A DNA stretch of 64,000 nt from an uncultured Gammaproteobacteria bacterium (GCA_964486065.1 CAZAKN010000004.1:15705-79704), one strand, 5' to 3'. Numbered from the stretch's first letter, positions 50,850 to 61,213 are shown. Notes: generated by a model from the sequence alone, not told the origin. Program-made: numbers and translations.

Positions 50850-51266
50850 ATGAAGAAAAATGCCTTAAATAAGGATAAAAAATCGTTTTTTTCCAGATTC
50901 GCGGTGGTTTTTACTGTTTTGGTTTTTGTTATCTTTATCAGTGGCATTATTCGCGAGGCTTGGCGGATTAGAAGTTTTAATAATGAAATAGATGAATTGC
51001 AACAAGAATTGGAAAATTTAAAAATGGATAGGCAAGAATTTCTCAGTTCCATTGATCTTTATGAAAGTGAATTGTTTGTGGAGCAGGAAGCGCGAACCAA
51101 ATTTAATTTGCAAAAGCCCGGAGAGGAAGTGGTGGTGATTCCCGTTGATGATCAAGATATTGTCGGCGCTTTGGGGGATAAAACCAAACCGCAGAATACT
51201 GAGCCGAAAAATTTAAGAGAAAGAATGAGTAAGAATTTAAATGATTGGTGGGCGTATTTCTTTTAA
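50850..51266 (+). CDS. FtsB/DivIC-like septum formation initiator
   Basis: N-terminal TM then coiled coil ...IDELQQELENLKMDRQE... and conserved-like ...ARTKFNLQKPGEEVVVIP. Confidence 0.55.
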   Translation: MKKNALNKDKKSFFSRFAVVFTVLVFVIFISGIIREAWRIRSFNNEIDELQQELENLKMDRQEFLSSIDLYESELFVEQEARTKFNLQKPGEEVVVIPVDDQDIVGALGDKTKPQNTEPKNLRERMSKNLNDWWAYFF

Positions 51267-51383
51267 ATTGTCCGAATAAACTTCGGAAGTAGCAATTGAT
51301 AAAATTTAAAATAAGCTTTAGCGGTCGTTGCTCGCTTTGATTGACGCTCCGCGTTAAAAATAAATAATACGAATAAATTTTTT

Positions 51384-52391
51384 ATGAATCAAGAAGAAAA
51401 TCAATCTCGGGAGGGAGAAGAAAAAAAACAAGTTAAAACCGAACGATTTAAACAAAACAGTTTTGTTAAATTTTTAAAAACCGGCAAAGGTTTGGCTTTG
51501 GTGGCGATTGTCAGTGTGTTATTGGTGGTGATTTGTTTCGTCGGTGCTGTCGGTGTGGGGTATTATAAACTCGGTTGGCGTAGTTCTTTCGTTAGTTCGG
51601 TTATGAGCGCTTTGCCTTATCCCGTGGCTTCGGTTGATGGACATTATGTTTATTATGATGATTGGCGTTTTGAAATTGAAGCGGTTCAACATTTAAATAA
51701 TGCCAGACAAGCGGGTTTGACGGACGAACAGATTGAAAGTGATGTGATGAATAAGTTGATTGATGATGTGATTTTGAAAAAATTGGCCGGTAGATTTGGT
51801 GTTACGGTGAGTGAGCAAGAAATTGATGAACATGTGGCCAAGCTGGCGGAACAATCCGGCGGAGAACAGGCATTCAGAGCCAGTGTGAGAGATTTTTTCA
51901 ATTGGGATTTGGAAACATTCAAAAAACATGTTTTGCGCAGTGAATTGCTGGGACAAAAATTGGTGGAACAAGCACCTCAAAGCGAGGAAGCTTTAAATGA
52001 AATCAAAGGCCAAGCCGAGGATATTTTAAATAAAATAAAAAATGAAGAAATGTCATTTGAAGTGGCGGCCAAAGAATACAGCGAAGATGCCGGTTCGGCG
52101 GAAGAAGGTGGAGATTTGGGTTGGTTCCCGCGCGGAGTGATGGTGCCGGAATTTGAAGAAGCGGCTTTCGCTCTGGAACCAGGACAAGTCAGTGAATTGA
52201 TCCCGACTCAGTTCGGATATCACATAATCAAATTGGAAGATCGTCGCAAAGTGCAAGACGCGGAAAGCGGTGATGAAGTTGAAGAAATCAAAGCGCGACA
52301 TATTTTGATCCGTAGCAAAACTTTTTCCGATTATTACACCGAATATCGTGATTCCATCAAAATACGCAAATTTGTTGATTTGCAAAAATAA
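51384..52391 (+). CDS. PpiC-type peptidyl-prolyl cis-trans isomerase (PrsA/SurA-like), membrane-anchored
   Basis: parvulin domain ...[38 protein letters not shown]...[11 protein letters not shown]. Confidence 0.75.
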   Translation: MNQEENQSREGEEKKQVKTERFKQNSFVKFLKTGKGLALVAIVSVLLVVICFVGAVGVGYYKLGWRSSFVSSVMSALPYPVASVDGHYVYYDDWRFEIEAVQHLNNARQAGLTDEQIESDVMNKLIDDVILKKLAGRFGVTVSEQEIDEHVAKLAEQSGGEQAFRASVRDFFNWDLETFKKHVLRSELLGQKLVEQAPQSEEALNEIKGQAEDILNKIKNEEMSFEVAAKEYSEDAGSAEEGGDLGWFPRGVMVPEFEEAAFALEPGQVSELIPTQFGYHIIKLEDRRKVQDAESGDEVEEIKARHILIRSKTFSDYYTEYRDSIKIRKFVDLQK

Positions 52392-52433
52392 AAAAGCTCT
52401 CCGCAGGAGAACTTAATCAAATAGCCGAATTTT

Positions 52434-52509
52434 TGGAGCCACCTGTGGGACTTGAACCCGCAACCTACGGTTTACGATACCGTTGCTCTACCAATTGAGC
52501 TAAGGTGGC
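52434..52509 (-). tRNA. tRNA-Thr (anticodon CGU), CCA encoded
   Basis: minus-strand read GCCACCT-TA-GCTC-AATTGGTA-GAGC-A-ACGGT-ATCGTAA-ACCGT-AGGTT-GCGGG-TTCAAGT-CCCAC-AGGTGGC-T-CCA; perfect 7-bp acceptor, one C-A mismatch in T-stem. Confidence 0.8.
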
Positions 52510-52568
52510 TCGGAAAAGCCGGTTATGAAGTGATTTTAGCAAAAAATTTTTCAAAAAACAAATGCAAT

Positions 52569-53249
52569 ATGATTAAATTCAGAAATGTTACCAAACATTA
52601 TCCGCCGGATACTTACGCGCTCAAGGGCGTTAATTTGCATATTGAGCCGGGTGAATTCGTGTCTATCATCGGTCAAAGTGGTAGCGGGAAAAGCACGCTG
52701 GTTAAACTTCTGACCGGTGAGACCAAGCTGACGCAAGGCAGTATAATTCTGGGTGGCTGGGATATTTCCAATATTAATTATTCGGAAAGACCGATTTTAA
52801 GGCGACAGATAGGCGTGATTTTTCAAGATTTTAAACTTTTACCGCAGAAAACCATTTTTGAAAATATCGGATTTGCTTTGGAAGTGTGCGGATCTTCTCG
52901 TCGCAAGGTGCGCGCCATTGTGCCACAAATATTAAAAATCGTGGGATTGTGGGGGAAAGCGGAAAGATATCCTTATCAAATTTCAGGAGGCGAGCAACAA
53001 CGCGTGGCGATCGCTCGCGCTTTGATTCATCGTCCGAAGATTTTGGTGGCGGATGAACCGACCGGTAATCTTGATTTGAACAATACACGGGAAATTATAA
53101 ATTTACTCAAGAAAATAAATGAATTGGGAACTACGGTGCTGATGGTAACTCACAATAAAGAAGTTGTTAATATGCTTAAGAAGCGCGTGATTACCATTGA
53201 TCGCGGAGAATTGGTTAGCGACAAAAAGGTCGGTCGTTATGTTTTGTAA
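52569..53249 (+). CDS. ftsE: cell division ATP-binding protein FtsE
   Basis: MIKFRNVTKHY..., Walker A GQSGSGKST, signature [15 protein letters not shown]; followed by ftsX. Longest ORF (52452) overlaps the tRNA and is rejected. Confidence 0.85.
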   Translation: MIKFRNVTKHYPPDTYALKGVNLHIEPGEFVSIIGQSGSGKSTLVKLLTGETKLTQGSIILGGWDISNINYSERPILRRQIGVIFQDFKLLPQKTIFENIGFALEVCGSSRRKVRAIVPQILKIVGLWGKAERYPYQISGGEQQRVAIARALIHRPKILVADEPTGNLDLNNTREIINLLKKINELGTTVLMVTHNKEVVNMLKKRVITIDRGELVSDKKVGRYVL

Positions 53250-53284
53250 ATCAAAATAAAAACAAATAATTATTTTCACAAGAT

Positions 53285-54199
53285 ATGAATTATTCATTTT
53301 TCCGAGCTCTTAAATTCGCGTTCCAGGATTTTTGGCGCAATATTTGGCTATCTTTGGTAACCATTACGGTTCTGGTTTTGGCTTTTTTGTCGGTTAATAT
53401 TTTGATTTCTTTGCAAGCTGTTTCCAAGGAGATCGTGGCGTCCGTGGAAGAAAAAGTTGATGTCAGCGTATTTTTCAAAGCTGAAGCGGAGCGCGCGGAA
53501 ATTGATAATTTCACCGAAAGATTAAAAAGTATCCCCGAAGTTAAAGAAACTCGTTTTATTTCTCGGGAAGAAGCTTTGAATAAGTTTAAACAAGATCATC
53601 AAGATGAACCCAAGTTGTTACAAGCCATTGAAGAGTTGGAAGAAAATCCATTGGTGGATGTTTTGGTGATAAAAGCAAATTCAATTGAAGAATATAATCA
53701 AATATTGCCGGTTATACAACTGGAGGAGAATCAAGCCTTGATTGAATATCAAGATTTCACGGACCACCAAAAAATTATTGAGCGCGTAAAAATTATCAGT
53801 AATAAAGTCCGGCAAGCCGGTATAGTATTAACCGCGATTTTCGCATTTATCGCCATTTTAATCGTTTATAACGCCATTAGAGTTAATATTTACATACACA
53901 AAGAAGAAATTGGCGTGATGCGTTTGGTTGGCGCCGGCAACGGATTTATCAGATCGCCGTTTATTTTGGAAAGTTTTATTTACGCCACTGTTTCTTTGGT
54001 GGTGTCTTTGGTCATATTATACGCGACTTTCGGCGCGATCAGTCCTTACATCGCTGAATTCTTAAAATCTTATGATTTCAATTTAATCGCGTATTACAAT
54101 CAAAATTTCATCAAAATTTTCGGAGTGCAATATTTGGCTGTTTTACTTTTGACCATTATCAGCTCAGGATTGGCGATCGGCAAATACATGCGAGTGTAA
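53285..54199 (+). CDS. ftsX: cell division permease FtsX
   Basis: N-terminal TM, periplasmic domain, C-terminal 3-TM FtsX region; directly after ftsE. Confidence 0.85.
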   Translation: MNYSFFRALKFAFQDFWRNIWLSLVTITVLVLAFLSVNILISLQAVSKEIVASVEEKVDVSVFFKAEAERAEIDNFTERLKSIPEVKETRFISREEALNKFKQDHQDEPKLLQAIEELEENPLVDVLVIKANSIEEYNQILPVIQLEENQALIEYQDFTDHQKIIERVKIISNKVRQAGIVLTAIFAFIAILIVYNAIRVNIYIHKEEIGVMRLVGAGNGFIRSPFILESFIYATVSLVVSLVILYATFGAISPYIAEFLKSYDFNLIAYYNQNFIKIFGVQYLAVLLLTIISSGLAIGKYMRV

Positions 54200-54265
54200 T
54201 CTTTACAAAGCCTTGATATTTTGCTAAAATCTGCCATATTGAATATTGAAAAGATGATTATTTAT

Positions 54266-54356
54266 GGAGAGGTGGCTGAGTGGTCGAAGGCGGCGGTCTT
54301 GAAAACCGTTGAGGGTTCATAGCCCTCCGTGGGTTCGAATCCCACCCTCTCCGCCA
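54266..54356 (+). tRNA. tRNA-Ser (anticodon UGA), long variable arm, CCA encoded
   Basis: GGAGAGG acceptor ... anticodon loop CTTGAAA ... GGTTCGAATCC T-arm ... CCTCTCC-G-CCA. Confidence 0.85.
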
Positions 54357-54480
54357 AAAAAAGGTGCGAAAAATTTAATTGTGTCGCGACTAGTTCGGCG
54401 TTATCAAACAGTTAAGTCGGTTCATGGCGCAACTCGGAAAGCCAAGTATTTAGGGAGTTAAAAGATTAAATTGTATTATA

Positions 54481-54507
54481 AGACGGTGTAAGCCGTCTTT
54501 TTTTTTG
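54481..54507 (+). terminator. rho-independent terminator
   Basis: agacgg-tgtaag-ccgtct + T9. Confidence 0.7.
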
Positions 54508-54552
54508 CTAAAATGTATAAAAAATATTATGATATGAATATTGCAAGAATAT

Positions 54553-54641
<89 letters not shown>

Positions 54642-54881
54642 TTTTAATATTTTTGTTGTTGGCTCCGCTAGGGGAAGGAAAGAAATGTTAAGTTGATGAA
54701 ATATATAGTGTAAATGAGTTAGACGAAATGACGCTCACTTACATTGTGCAAAATAATTACATCGCACAACAGCGTGTATGAGATTAAGAAAAATGTGCGT
54801 TAATAGTATTCCAAAGTTGCACTTACTTTGCCATTTTTCCAAAATAAAAACCTCTTAAAAAATAATAATTAAATAAACTTT

Positions 54882-55442
54882 ATGTCACAAACAACAAAAA
54901 TTATACTTGCGGTAATCGCAGTTGTGATAATGGTGATTTTGGCTGTGTTGATCGCCGGTCAAACCGGTTTCTTTGCAAAAGATAAAATTATTGAAAGCGA
55001 TCCATTAATTTATTCCGTGGAAGGTATTGCTGCTTCTGTTAATAAAAAAGCGGTTTCTTTTGATTATACCGCGGAACAATTAGTCGCAATGGCGCGAGAA
55101 TGCGGTCATGATATTGATCAAGACTATATCAATGATTTGGTGGCCAAGTTCGCCGGAACCGATAAACTTGTTTATGAATTTGAATATCAAGGCGAAAGTC
55201 AAAATCCCGACACTTACACGGTTACATTATTGCCAAACAAGCCCGATTACGCTTCATTTGAGCAGTTTGAAAAAGATTTTGATATTTGTTCAGCGGGTGA
55301 AGATGCTTATCCGCATATGTTGAATGATGATTGGCTTGTTTTTGTCAGTTCATGCGGGACAGGTTATGAGGACGATTCCGGTAAACCGGTCGGTTGCCAA
55401 GAGATCCGTGAAGCTGTTGAATCAAGTTTGAAACTGAAATAG
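54882..55442 (+). CDS. hypothetical membrane-anchored protein
   Basis: 186 aa, N-terminal TM; terminator 55511-55535 downstream. Confidence 0.45.
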   Translation: MSQTTKIILAVIAVVIMVILAVLIAGQTGFFAKDKIIESDPLIYSVEGIAASVNKKAVSFDYTAEQLVAMARECGHDIDQDYINDLVAKFAGTDKLVYEFEYQGESQNPDTYTVTLLPNKPDYASFEQFEKDFDICSAGEDAYPHMLNDDWLVFVSSCGTGYEDDSGKPVGCQEIREAVESSLKLK

Positions 55443-55577
55443 TAATAGGGAATAGGTGATAGTTTTACCGTTATAAATTTACCAATTATAATTTGATAAA
55501 TAGCAATTAAGGAAACGGAAAACCGTTTCCTTTTTAATTAAAAAAGCTCGCGCGAAGACGCGAGCTTTAAAATCTGT

Positions 55578-56006
55578 TTAGAAAGCAGGCACATTGAAGA
55601 TTTCCGGTGGGGCTTTCGTGAGCATGCAGGTGGCCGGAGCTTTCATGTCGGGATTGTCAAGGAAATAGTATTCTCCGATCCAGATGTCGCCTACTTTTTT
55701 GGCGAAAACATATTGAATCCTTTCATCCAAGTGGAGGTATTTCTTTATGAATTTCAGCTGATTGTTTTTTAAAACAATATTTGAAAGTTTTGCCTCTCCG
55801 TGAATATCGTGAGTTTGTCCTTGCCAGTTGTCAAAAGGAAAATCAAAGGCGCTGGCATTGGCGTCGGGAATGATGCCTTGAAACATGAATCGGTACGGTG
55901 TGTCAACATTCACGAAACCGGCCACATTACCGTTTTCGTCCAAATCAGGATACATTTCCGACATCAGTCGTTGAAAGAAAAAACCTTGGATGAAATATGC
56001 TTTCAT
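55578..56006 (-). CDS. hypothetical protein
   Basis: 142 aa ORF with minus-strand terminator hairpin at 55547-55566. Confidence 0.45.
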   Translation of the reverse strand: MKAYFIQGFFFQRLMSEMYPDLDENGNVAGFVNVDTPYRFMFQGIIPDANASAFDFPFDNWQGQTHDIHGEAKLSNIVLKNNQLKFIKKYLHLDERIQYVFAKKVGDIWIGEYYFLDNPDMKAPATCMLTKAPPEIFNVPAF

Positions 56007-56130
56007 GAGAATCTCCCACTATGTTTGGTTAATGAACAGTGATGAAACCTTACATAAATGATGAATAAATGTCAATAATGTGGAGGTATTTTTGCGCTAA
56101 ATAATTGCTGTTTATTTAAGCGCGTTCCGC

Positions 56131-56160
56131 TTTATGTTATAATAAAGTTGTAATAATATT
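56131..56160 (+). repeat. 28-nt direct repeat, left copy (TTTATGTTATAATAAAGTTGtAATAATA); right copy at 63456-63483
   Basis: 27/28 identity between the two copies; each contains an extended -10-like TGTTATAAT. Confidence 0.6.
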
Positions 56161-56165
56161 GAAGC

Positions 56166-56195
56166 CCAGCCGTATGTTCGGCTGGGCGTTTTTAT
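56166..56195 (+). terminator. rho-independent terminator immediately after left repeat copy
   Basis: gcccagccg-tatgtt-cggctgggc + TTTTT. Confidence 0.6.
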
Positions 56196-56392
56196 ATACT
56201 AAAAAACCGGCAGATAACCGAGGAGCATAGAATGGTGTATATAGGTCATTCTACAACGGATTCAAGAGAGTATTTATTTCTTGGAGAGAGATAAAAAATT
56301 CCCTTGAGTTTGTTGTTGCTCCGCGAATGTCTACCGGCTTCGCGAATAGTTTTATTTGTTATACCATATATATTTATAAAATTCATTCCAAA

Positions 56393-56472
56393 TTTTCCGT
56401 TTCGGCCTTTTGGCCTCATCAGTGCTGATACACATCAGCAGACAGAAGGAAGTTTTTTGTTGAGAAACTTCC
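56393..56472 (-). ncRNA. type III hammerhead self-cleaving ribozyme (copy A) plus conserved 5' hairpin
   Basis: minus-strand: GGAAGTTTctcaacaaaAAACTTCC-TTCTGTC|TGCTGA-tgtgta-TCAGCA-CUGAUGA-GGCC-aaaa-GGCC-GAAAC-GGAA; canonical core, G10.1-C11.1, GUC cleavage triplet. Confidence 0.85.
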
Positions 56473-56617
56473 GAAAACTCGTAATCCAATCCCGAAGTGC
56501 GTTCGGGACACCGGTAACCCTACCGGATTTGAAAGAACGATGCTTCTGAGTTGACCTCCACTCTGAAGCGGTAGAGGAGTGTTCTGTTAAAGGTCAAACA
56601 CATAAAACCTTTCAGAT

Positions 56618-58741
56618 CTAGTGGCTACCCCATTTTAGCTTCAAGGCGTCCAGGGCGGATTCCATGCTCTGGTCATCGGTTTCATCCGAATCTTGAGCCG
56701 TGTTATCCGACACCTTGCCTTTGGCGCTACAGGTCGAGCAGGTGATTTCGAGCGTTCCGCCGGACTTGTATGACCGCATCTCACTCTTGGTCACTCGCTC
56801 CTTACATCCGCAGGTGCACTTGAAGTAGCGACCGCCGATGAAGGTGAAGTTACCATTATCTTGAGTCGTTTCCTTAATGTGCTCTGCCAATTCTTCCTCC
56901 GCGAACTTCCTTAGGCGAAGATTGATGTTCCACCCGCCCCACTTTTCGTAGGCGAGAGCTTCAATCATGCCGTTGGAGGTGCGCTTGGATGCGACGACCT
57001 GTGCGTCGCGACCTTCCGTGTACTGATCGAACGGCTTGTTCCAGTTCACCAGTCGGGAGATGCGATGATCATCCTGACAGATCTGGATACCGTATTCGCC
57101 AGTCATGGAGAGGTAAGTGCTTTCGTCGTAGACGAGCTTCTCACCGCAGGCCGGACAGTAGGGGAAAGCACTTGCGGCTTCGGCGATCACTTTGGCCTGA
57201 CGCTCGGCAGCCTCGGGGTCGAGTCCGAAGGAATTCTCGGTGGTACCGATATCCTCCAATTCGATCCGTCGGACAGCTTCGCGCTGGGCTTCGGTGAGAC
57301 CGTTGACGGGCATCTTCGCCACGATGAACTCGCTGGAGCCGGCGATGTCTCGCATAGTCCCGCAAGACCACTTGAGAGCCAGCTCATCCTCGTTAACATA
57401 GTTCCAACGATAGTTGCCATCGCTCTTGTAACGACATACATCATCGGAATCACGATCACGAAGCGATCCATCGGGTCGGATGACCCAGCCATCACCATTG
57501 CCACTCATACCGCCTCGGCGATGCCACGTCTCGAAGTTGATCAGGATTTCTCCACCATCCACTCGAGCCTGACGCTGTGCGATCCGGTCTTGCGCCTGTT
57601 GCCAGACAGTTTCGACCTTCTCACTCTTCGCTTTGGCGTCCGCGTATGATCCAACGGCCAGTGCTTCTTCAGCCTCTTGGATGAGCTTGCGTGCCTCCTT
57701 GATCTCCGAGTTGACGAAGCCCTTGTCGTCGAGGGAAGCGATCTTCCCTTCGAGAGTAGTCTTCGCTTCTTCGACGATCGCCTTGGTGCTCTCGTGCTCA
57801 CCGCCGATCTCGGTCTTCGCCGCTTCCATCGCCACCTTGAGTGCCTCGATCTTCTCCTCGATGTTATTCGAGGTCAGACCTTCGGCGTGCTCGCGAACGA
57901 GTTGCTCGTAACGGCCTTGGAGCGCATTACCCAGATCGGTGAAAGACCACCTGACATACCAGCCGGAGCTCTTCTCCTGCCACGGCTCCTCTTTAGGTAC
58001 TGCGAGGTTTTCCTCCACGGCTTTCTTCATGATCCCCTCGAGAGACTTTTGAGTTTCCTCAGTTGCCTTCTCTTGGGAATCTGCCAAGAAGATCTGCCAT
58101 TTGAAATACCCCGAGTACTTCTTGAGGCCGACGAATCCATTGATTGGGTCGCCGTTACCGTTTTCCGTACGGGTAATCTCGATGCTCGAGCCCACGCGAT
58201 CCAGCCAGCCGATGACCTTTGCAGTATCACTCGTATAGCTGGTTTCATGTTCACTGCGAGCCTCCGACCAGGATCGTTCGATCCGCGACTTCTCGAGCTT
58301 TTTCACCAATTCCGCGAAGGACTTGGCAGAGTGCCCGGAGCAACGAATCTCCACAGTGCGTCCGCTTGGGAGAATAACCGCTTCGACGGTCGTCTTGCGA
58401 GCGAATTCTTCCTCGACCGAGGTGCGGACATAAGTCTCACGGTAGTACTCCTTGCCGTACTCGATTTCCAGCGTAACGCCTTCAATCTCGACGGTATTGG
58501 GGTTATCAGTGATGACTAACTGCACCAGCTTGGGGTCAAGTTGCGGAAGTTTGAGGCTCTCGAAGTCAATCACTTCCATTGCAGAGCGTGCGCCATTAAG
58601 TCGTAAGACCAGCCAATCGCGCCATTCCGAATGTGTCATCAACTTGAAAATCTCTTTGCCCGCCCGAATGTTGAGCTGGCGGGCTTTTTCTTGTATCTGG
58701 CGGTTCTCAGTGATGACCGCCTGCAACATTTTTTGAGGCAT
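56618..58741 (-). CDS. large hypothetical protein with C-terminal Cys4 zinc-ribbon motifs (G+C-rich island)
   Basis: 707 aa; CPACGEK...CQDDH and CTCGCKER...CSTCSAKGK clusters near C-terminus; codon usage clearly G+C-rich unlike rest of window. Confidence 0.6.
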   Translation of the reverse strand: MPQKMLQAVITENRQIQEKARQLNIRAGKEIFKLMTHSEWRDWLVLRLNGARSAMEVIDFESLKLPQLDPKLVQLVITDNPNTVEIEGVTLEIEYGKEYYRETYVRTSVEEEFARKTTVEAVILPSGRTVEIRCSGHSAKSFAELVKKLEKSRIERSWSEARSEHETSYTSDTAKVIGWLDRVGSSIEITRTENGNGDPINGFVGLKKYSGYFKWQIFLADSQEKATEETQKSLEGIMKKAVEENLAVPKEEPWQEKSSGWYVRWSFTDLGNALQGRYEQLVREHAEGLTSNNIEEKIEALKVAMEAAKTEIGGEHESTKAIVEEAKTTLEGKIASLDDKGFVNSEIKEARKLIQEAEEALAVGSYADAKAKSEKVETVWQQAQDRIAQRQARVDGGEILINFETWHRRGGMSGNGDGWVIRPDGSLRDRDSDDVCRYKSDGNYRWNYVNEDELALKWSCGTMRDIAGSSEFIVAKMPVNGLTEAQREAVRRIELEDIGTTENSFGLDPEAAERQAKVIAEAASAFPYCPACGEKLVYDESTYLSMTGEYGIQICQDDHRISRLVNWNKPFDQYTEGRDAQVVASKRTSNGMIEALAYEKWGGWNINLRLRKFAEEELAEHIKETTQDNGNFTFIGGRYFKCTCGCKERVTKSEMRSYKSGGTLEITCSTCSAKGKVSDNTAQDSDETDDQSMESALDALKLKWGSH

Positions 58742-58819
58742 TCGTATCTCCTTTCGTGCCCGTGTCCCGCAACCAACTCTTGCGAGTGGTGCGGAACTTG
58801 GGCGTGGCAGGGTTTTTGG

Positions 58820-60766
58820 TCAGATACACATTTGACCGGCGAGCCAGTCGGCAAAAACCTCGGCCGCCTTCTCATGCTCCGGCGTCGCGACCTGCTCTTC
58901 TTTGACCTGCTGGCCGTTGAAGTGGGTGCGAGTGGTCGAAATGCATGAGTCCTTCTCGCTGTCGAATTCGGGGTTGAGCCCTTCCTCGGTATAAGCAAGC
59001 TGGGGAGCGACTTCGGCGAGCCATGCCGGATCGACTTTCGACGCCAATTCGATAAGACGCAGAGTTAGCATGCCTCTGCTCGTCTTGATTTGGAGGTCAA
59101 AAGGCTTCCCGACCAGCCATTTGGCGTTGCGGACAAGTGAAGCTGTCCCCAGTTCACGGTCAACTGTTTCACCATTTCGGTAAACATTGTATTGCCCGTG
59201 ATACAGGTGATCAACCATTCCCGCGCAGACAGCCTTGAGGATGTCCTCGCGTTTTCCGGTTGAACCGAATCGGAAGTACTTCTTGACGGCATTGGCGAGA
59301 TGATGTCGGATTTCTTTTGCCCGGAAATATTTCCGGATGCCGATACCTTTCTCGCGCATTTCGTCTTTCGACATCGAATTAGCCAACTGCCAAACGGCGA
59401 GTTGACCCATGACATCGGACTCATTTTCATGAGTCACCATGTATCTCCAATCCGGCCTTTCCGGACGGTTGCGACTCGGAGGCGGAACGGTAATTCCGCT
59501 TACTTCCATGATGGCTGCGACTGTCAGAACATCGTCTATGACGCCGAGCCGATCAGCTTCTACTAACATCCGAGCATACTTCACCGAAACAGGAAGGCGG
59601 TTTACCAGCCTGCCGATGGGCGTAACTTCCCCGGACTCAGTCATGCAACCGAGCCCGATCAGCGTCTGCCTGGCATCCTTGATATCCGACTTTGAGGGTT
59701 GATGGAAAAAATCCATCTCCTCCATGTCGAATCCGGCAATCGCTAAACGCAGAACAGTCTGATCAAGGCGTTTGCGCATGATTTCTGCGACCGGAAACTC
59801 ACGACGCGAACCACCGCAGTGGTCGATGTAGATTCCTTCTTTAGTCCGACCGGCGCGTCCTTTTCGTTGAGTGGCATCAGCGATGGAAATTGGCTTGAGA
59901 TACAAGCCTTCAACGCCATCCACCAGCTCGATTCGGCGCTCCATTCCGGAATCCACGACCGCATCGATGTCGTCGATCGTCACACTGGTCTGCGCGACAT
60001 TCGTCGACACTACGCATTTCGGACGGCCGTAATGTTTGAAACACTTGGCCTGATCCTCCGGCGTGAGTTGTCCGTGGAGAGGAAGGATTTCCGCATCCAC
60101 TCCCGTTTCTTTGATCTCGAAGATCGTCTCTTCGATTTCCTGCTTGCCCGGTTGGAACACTAGGACGTTCCGACCCTCGCGAATGAGTGCCGTTACATCA
60201 TCAACCAACCGATATGCAGGTTTACGGGATTCCACCGGGAAGAGTCGACCGGGAACCGAGATCACCGGCGCGCCGTTGTAGTAGGCGGACAGCTTTTCGG
60301 CTTCCATGGTTGCGCTCATAATCACAACCTTGAAATCGACGCCTTCCTGGATCTGATGCTTGGCCCATGCCACGAGGACTTCCATATTCTCGTTCCATTC
60401 ATGGACTTCGTCCAGAACCAGTACGCCTTTGTTCTGCCCCATCAGTTCGCGCACCAGCGCAAGTCCGTCGGTGCAGAACAAGCAACGGGTTGCAGGCGAG
60501 TCCTGCCGATCCACCGCAGTGCGGTAACCGACAGTGCCACCAAGATCCTTGCCGATTTCTTCGGCTACGCGCTGTGCCACCGTTCGGGCGGCCAGTCTGC
60601 GTGGCTGGGTCACGACAAGATCGTAACCTTCATCCAGCAGGTACTGGAGCACTTGCGTGCTTTTCCCTGCCCCGGTTTCGGCCGTGATGACGGTTACAGG
60701 ATTTTTGCGAACCGTTTCGACGATTGTCTTGCGGAACGCAGAGATAGGAAGTTCTTGATTGTTCAT
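58820..60766 (-). CDS. DEAH-box ATP-dependent helicase (HrpA/HrpB-like)
   Basis: motif I TGAGKSTQV, Ia VVTQPRRLAARTVAQR, DEVH (LVLDEVHE), SAT (MSATM), motif VI QRKGRAGR, HA2-like C-terminal region. Confidence 0.85.
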   Translation of the reverse strand: MNNQELPISAFRKTIVETVRKNPVTVITAETGAGKSTQVLQYLLDEGYDLVVTQPRRLAARTVAQRVAEEIGKDLGGTVGYRTAVDRQDSPATRCLFCTDGLALVRELMGQNKGVLVLDEVHEWNENMEVLVAWAKHQIQEGVDFKVVIMSATMEAEKLSAYYNGAPVISVPGRLFPVESRKPAYRLVDDVTALIREGRNVLVFQPGKQEIEETIFEIKETGVDAEILPLHGQLTPEDQAKCFKHYGRPKCVVSTNVAQTSVTIDDIDAVVDSGMERRIELVDGVEGLYLKPISIADATQRKGRAGRTKEGIYIDHCGGSRREFPVAEIMRKRLDQTVLRLAIAGFDMEEMDFFHQPSKSDIKDARQTLIGLGCMTESGEVTPIGRLVNRLPVSVKYARMLVEADRLGVIDDVLTVAAIMEVSGITVPPPSRNRPERPDWRYMVTHENESDVMGQLAVWQLANSMSKDEMREKGIGIRKYFRAKEIRHHLANAVKKYFRFGSTGKREDILKAVCAGMVDHLYHGQYNVYRNGETVDRELGTASLVRNAKWLVGKPFDLQIKTSRGMLTLRLIELASKVDPAWLAEVAPQLAYTEEGLNPEFDSEKDSCISTTRTHFNGQQVKEEQVATPEHEKAAEVFADWLAGQMCI

Positions 60767-60795
60767 TTTTTCTCCTTTGTACCCTTGGTTTTTAC

Positions 60796-60810
60796 CGTGG
60801 GCGTAAAGTT
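60796..60810 (-). promoter_or_regulatory. conserved 15-nt upstream motif AACTTTACGCCCACG (minus-strand sense), copy 1, ~30 nt upstream of helicase RBS
   Basis: identical 15-mer also at 61144-61158 at the same distance from the 91-aa gene start, followed in both by CAAGGG...AAGGAG. Confidence 0.45.
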
Positions 60811-60840
60811 TGTGTATTTCGGTGGCTTCGGCACTGCGCC

Positions 60841-61116
60841 TCAGCTCACCATCTCTTTGAACTGCTCGTCTCCGTAGTCCCTGCGAATCATTGCAAGGAA
60901 CCTGGTGGCTTTGGCGTACTCACTGGCCAGACGAGCACCGAAGTGCTTGTCGGCGAGGTCGAACGCCTTTTCGTACGCCTGTGTCGGCGTCTCATTGCCA
61001 GCAATCTGGACGAACTGCTCGCACAGCTCCTTGTCAGACAGCTGGAGGATGGCCGAAGCTCTCCTCTCCAAGTCTTGTAGCTCCCGATTGGGAGACCTGT
61101 CCTGAGACTTCATCAT
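60841..61116 (-). CDS. hypothetical small protein (91 aa; island)
   Basis: ORF with AAGGAGG RBS; G+C-rich codon usage like neighbours. Confidence 0.45.
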   Translation of the reverse strand: MMKSQDRSPNRELQDLERRASAILQLSDKELCEQFVQIAGNETPTQAYEKAFDLADKHFGARLASEYAKATRFLAMIRRDYGDEQFKEMVS

Positions 61117-61143
61117 TCACCTCCTTGCCCTTGATCTTGCGAT

Positions 61144-61158
61144 CGTGGGCGTAAAGTT
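61144..61158 (-). promoter_or_regulatory. conserved 15-nt upstream motif AACTTTACGCCCACG, copy 2 (preceded by TTGACA)
   Basis: see 60796-60810. Confidence 0.45.
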
Positions 61159-61213
61159 GCCTATGTTGTCAAAGATACGATCCCAGCATTTAACAAGCTT
61201 TAGATACTGGGGA

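Noticed and set aside
52452-52568. N-terminal 39 codons of the longest ftsE ORF
   Set aside because: These codons overlap the minus-strand tRNA-Thr gene. Conserved FtsE begins at MIKFRNV (52569).
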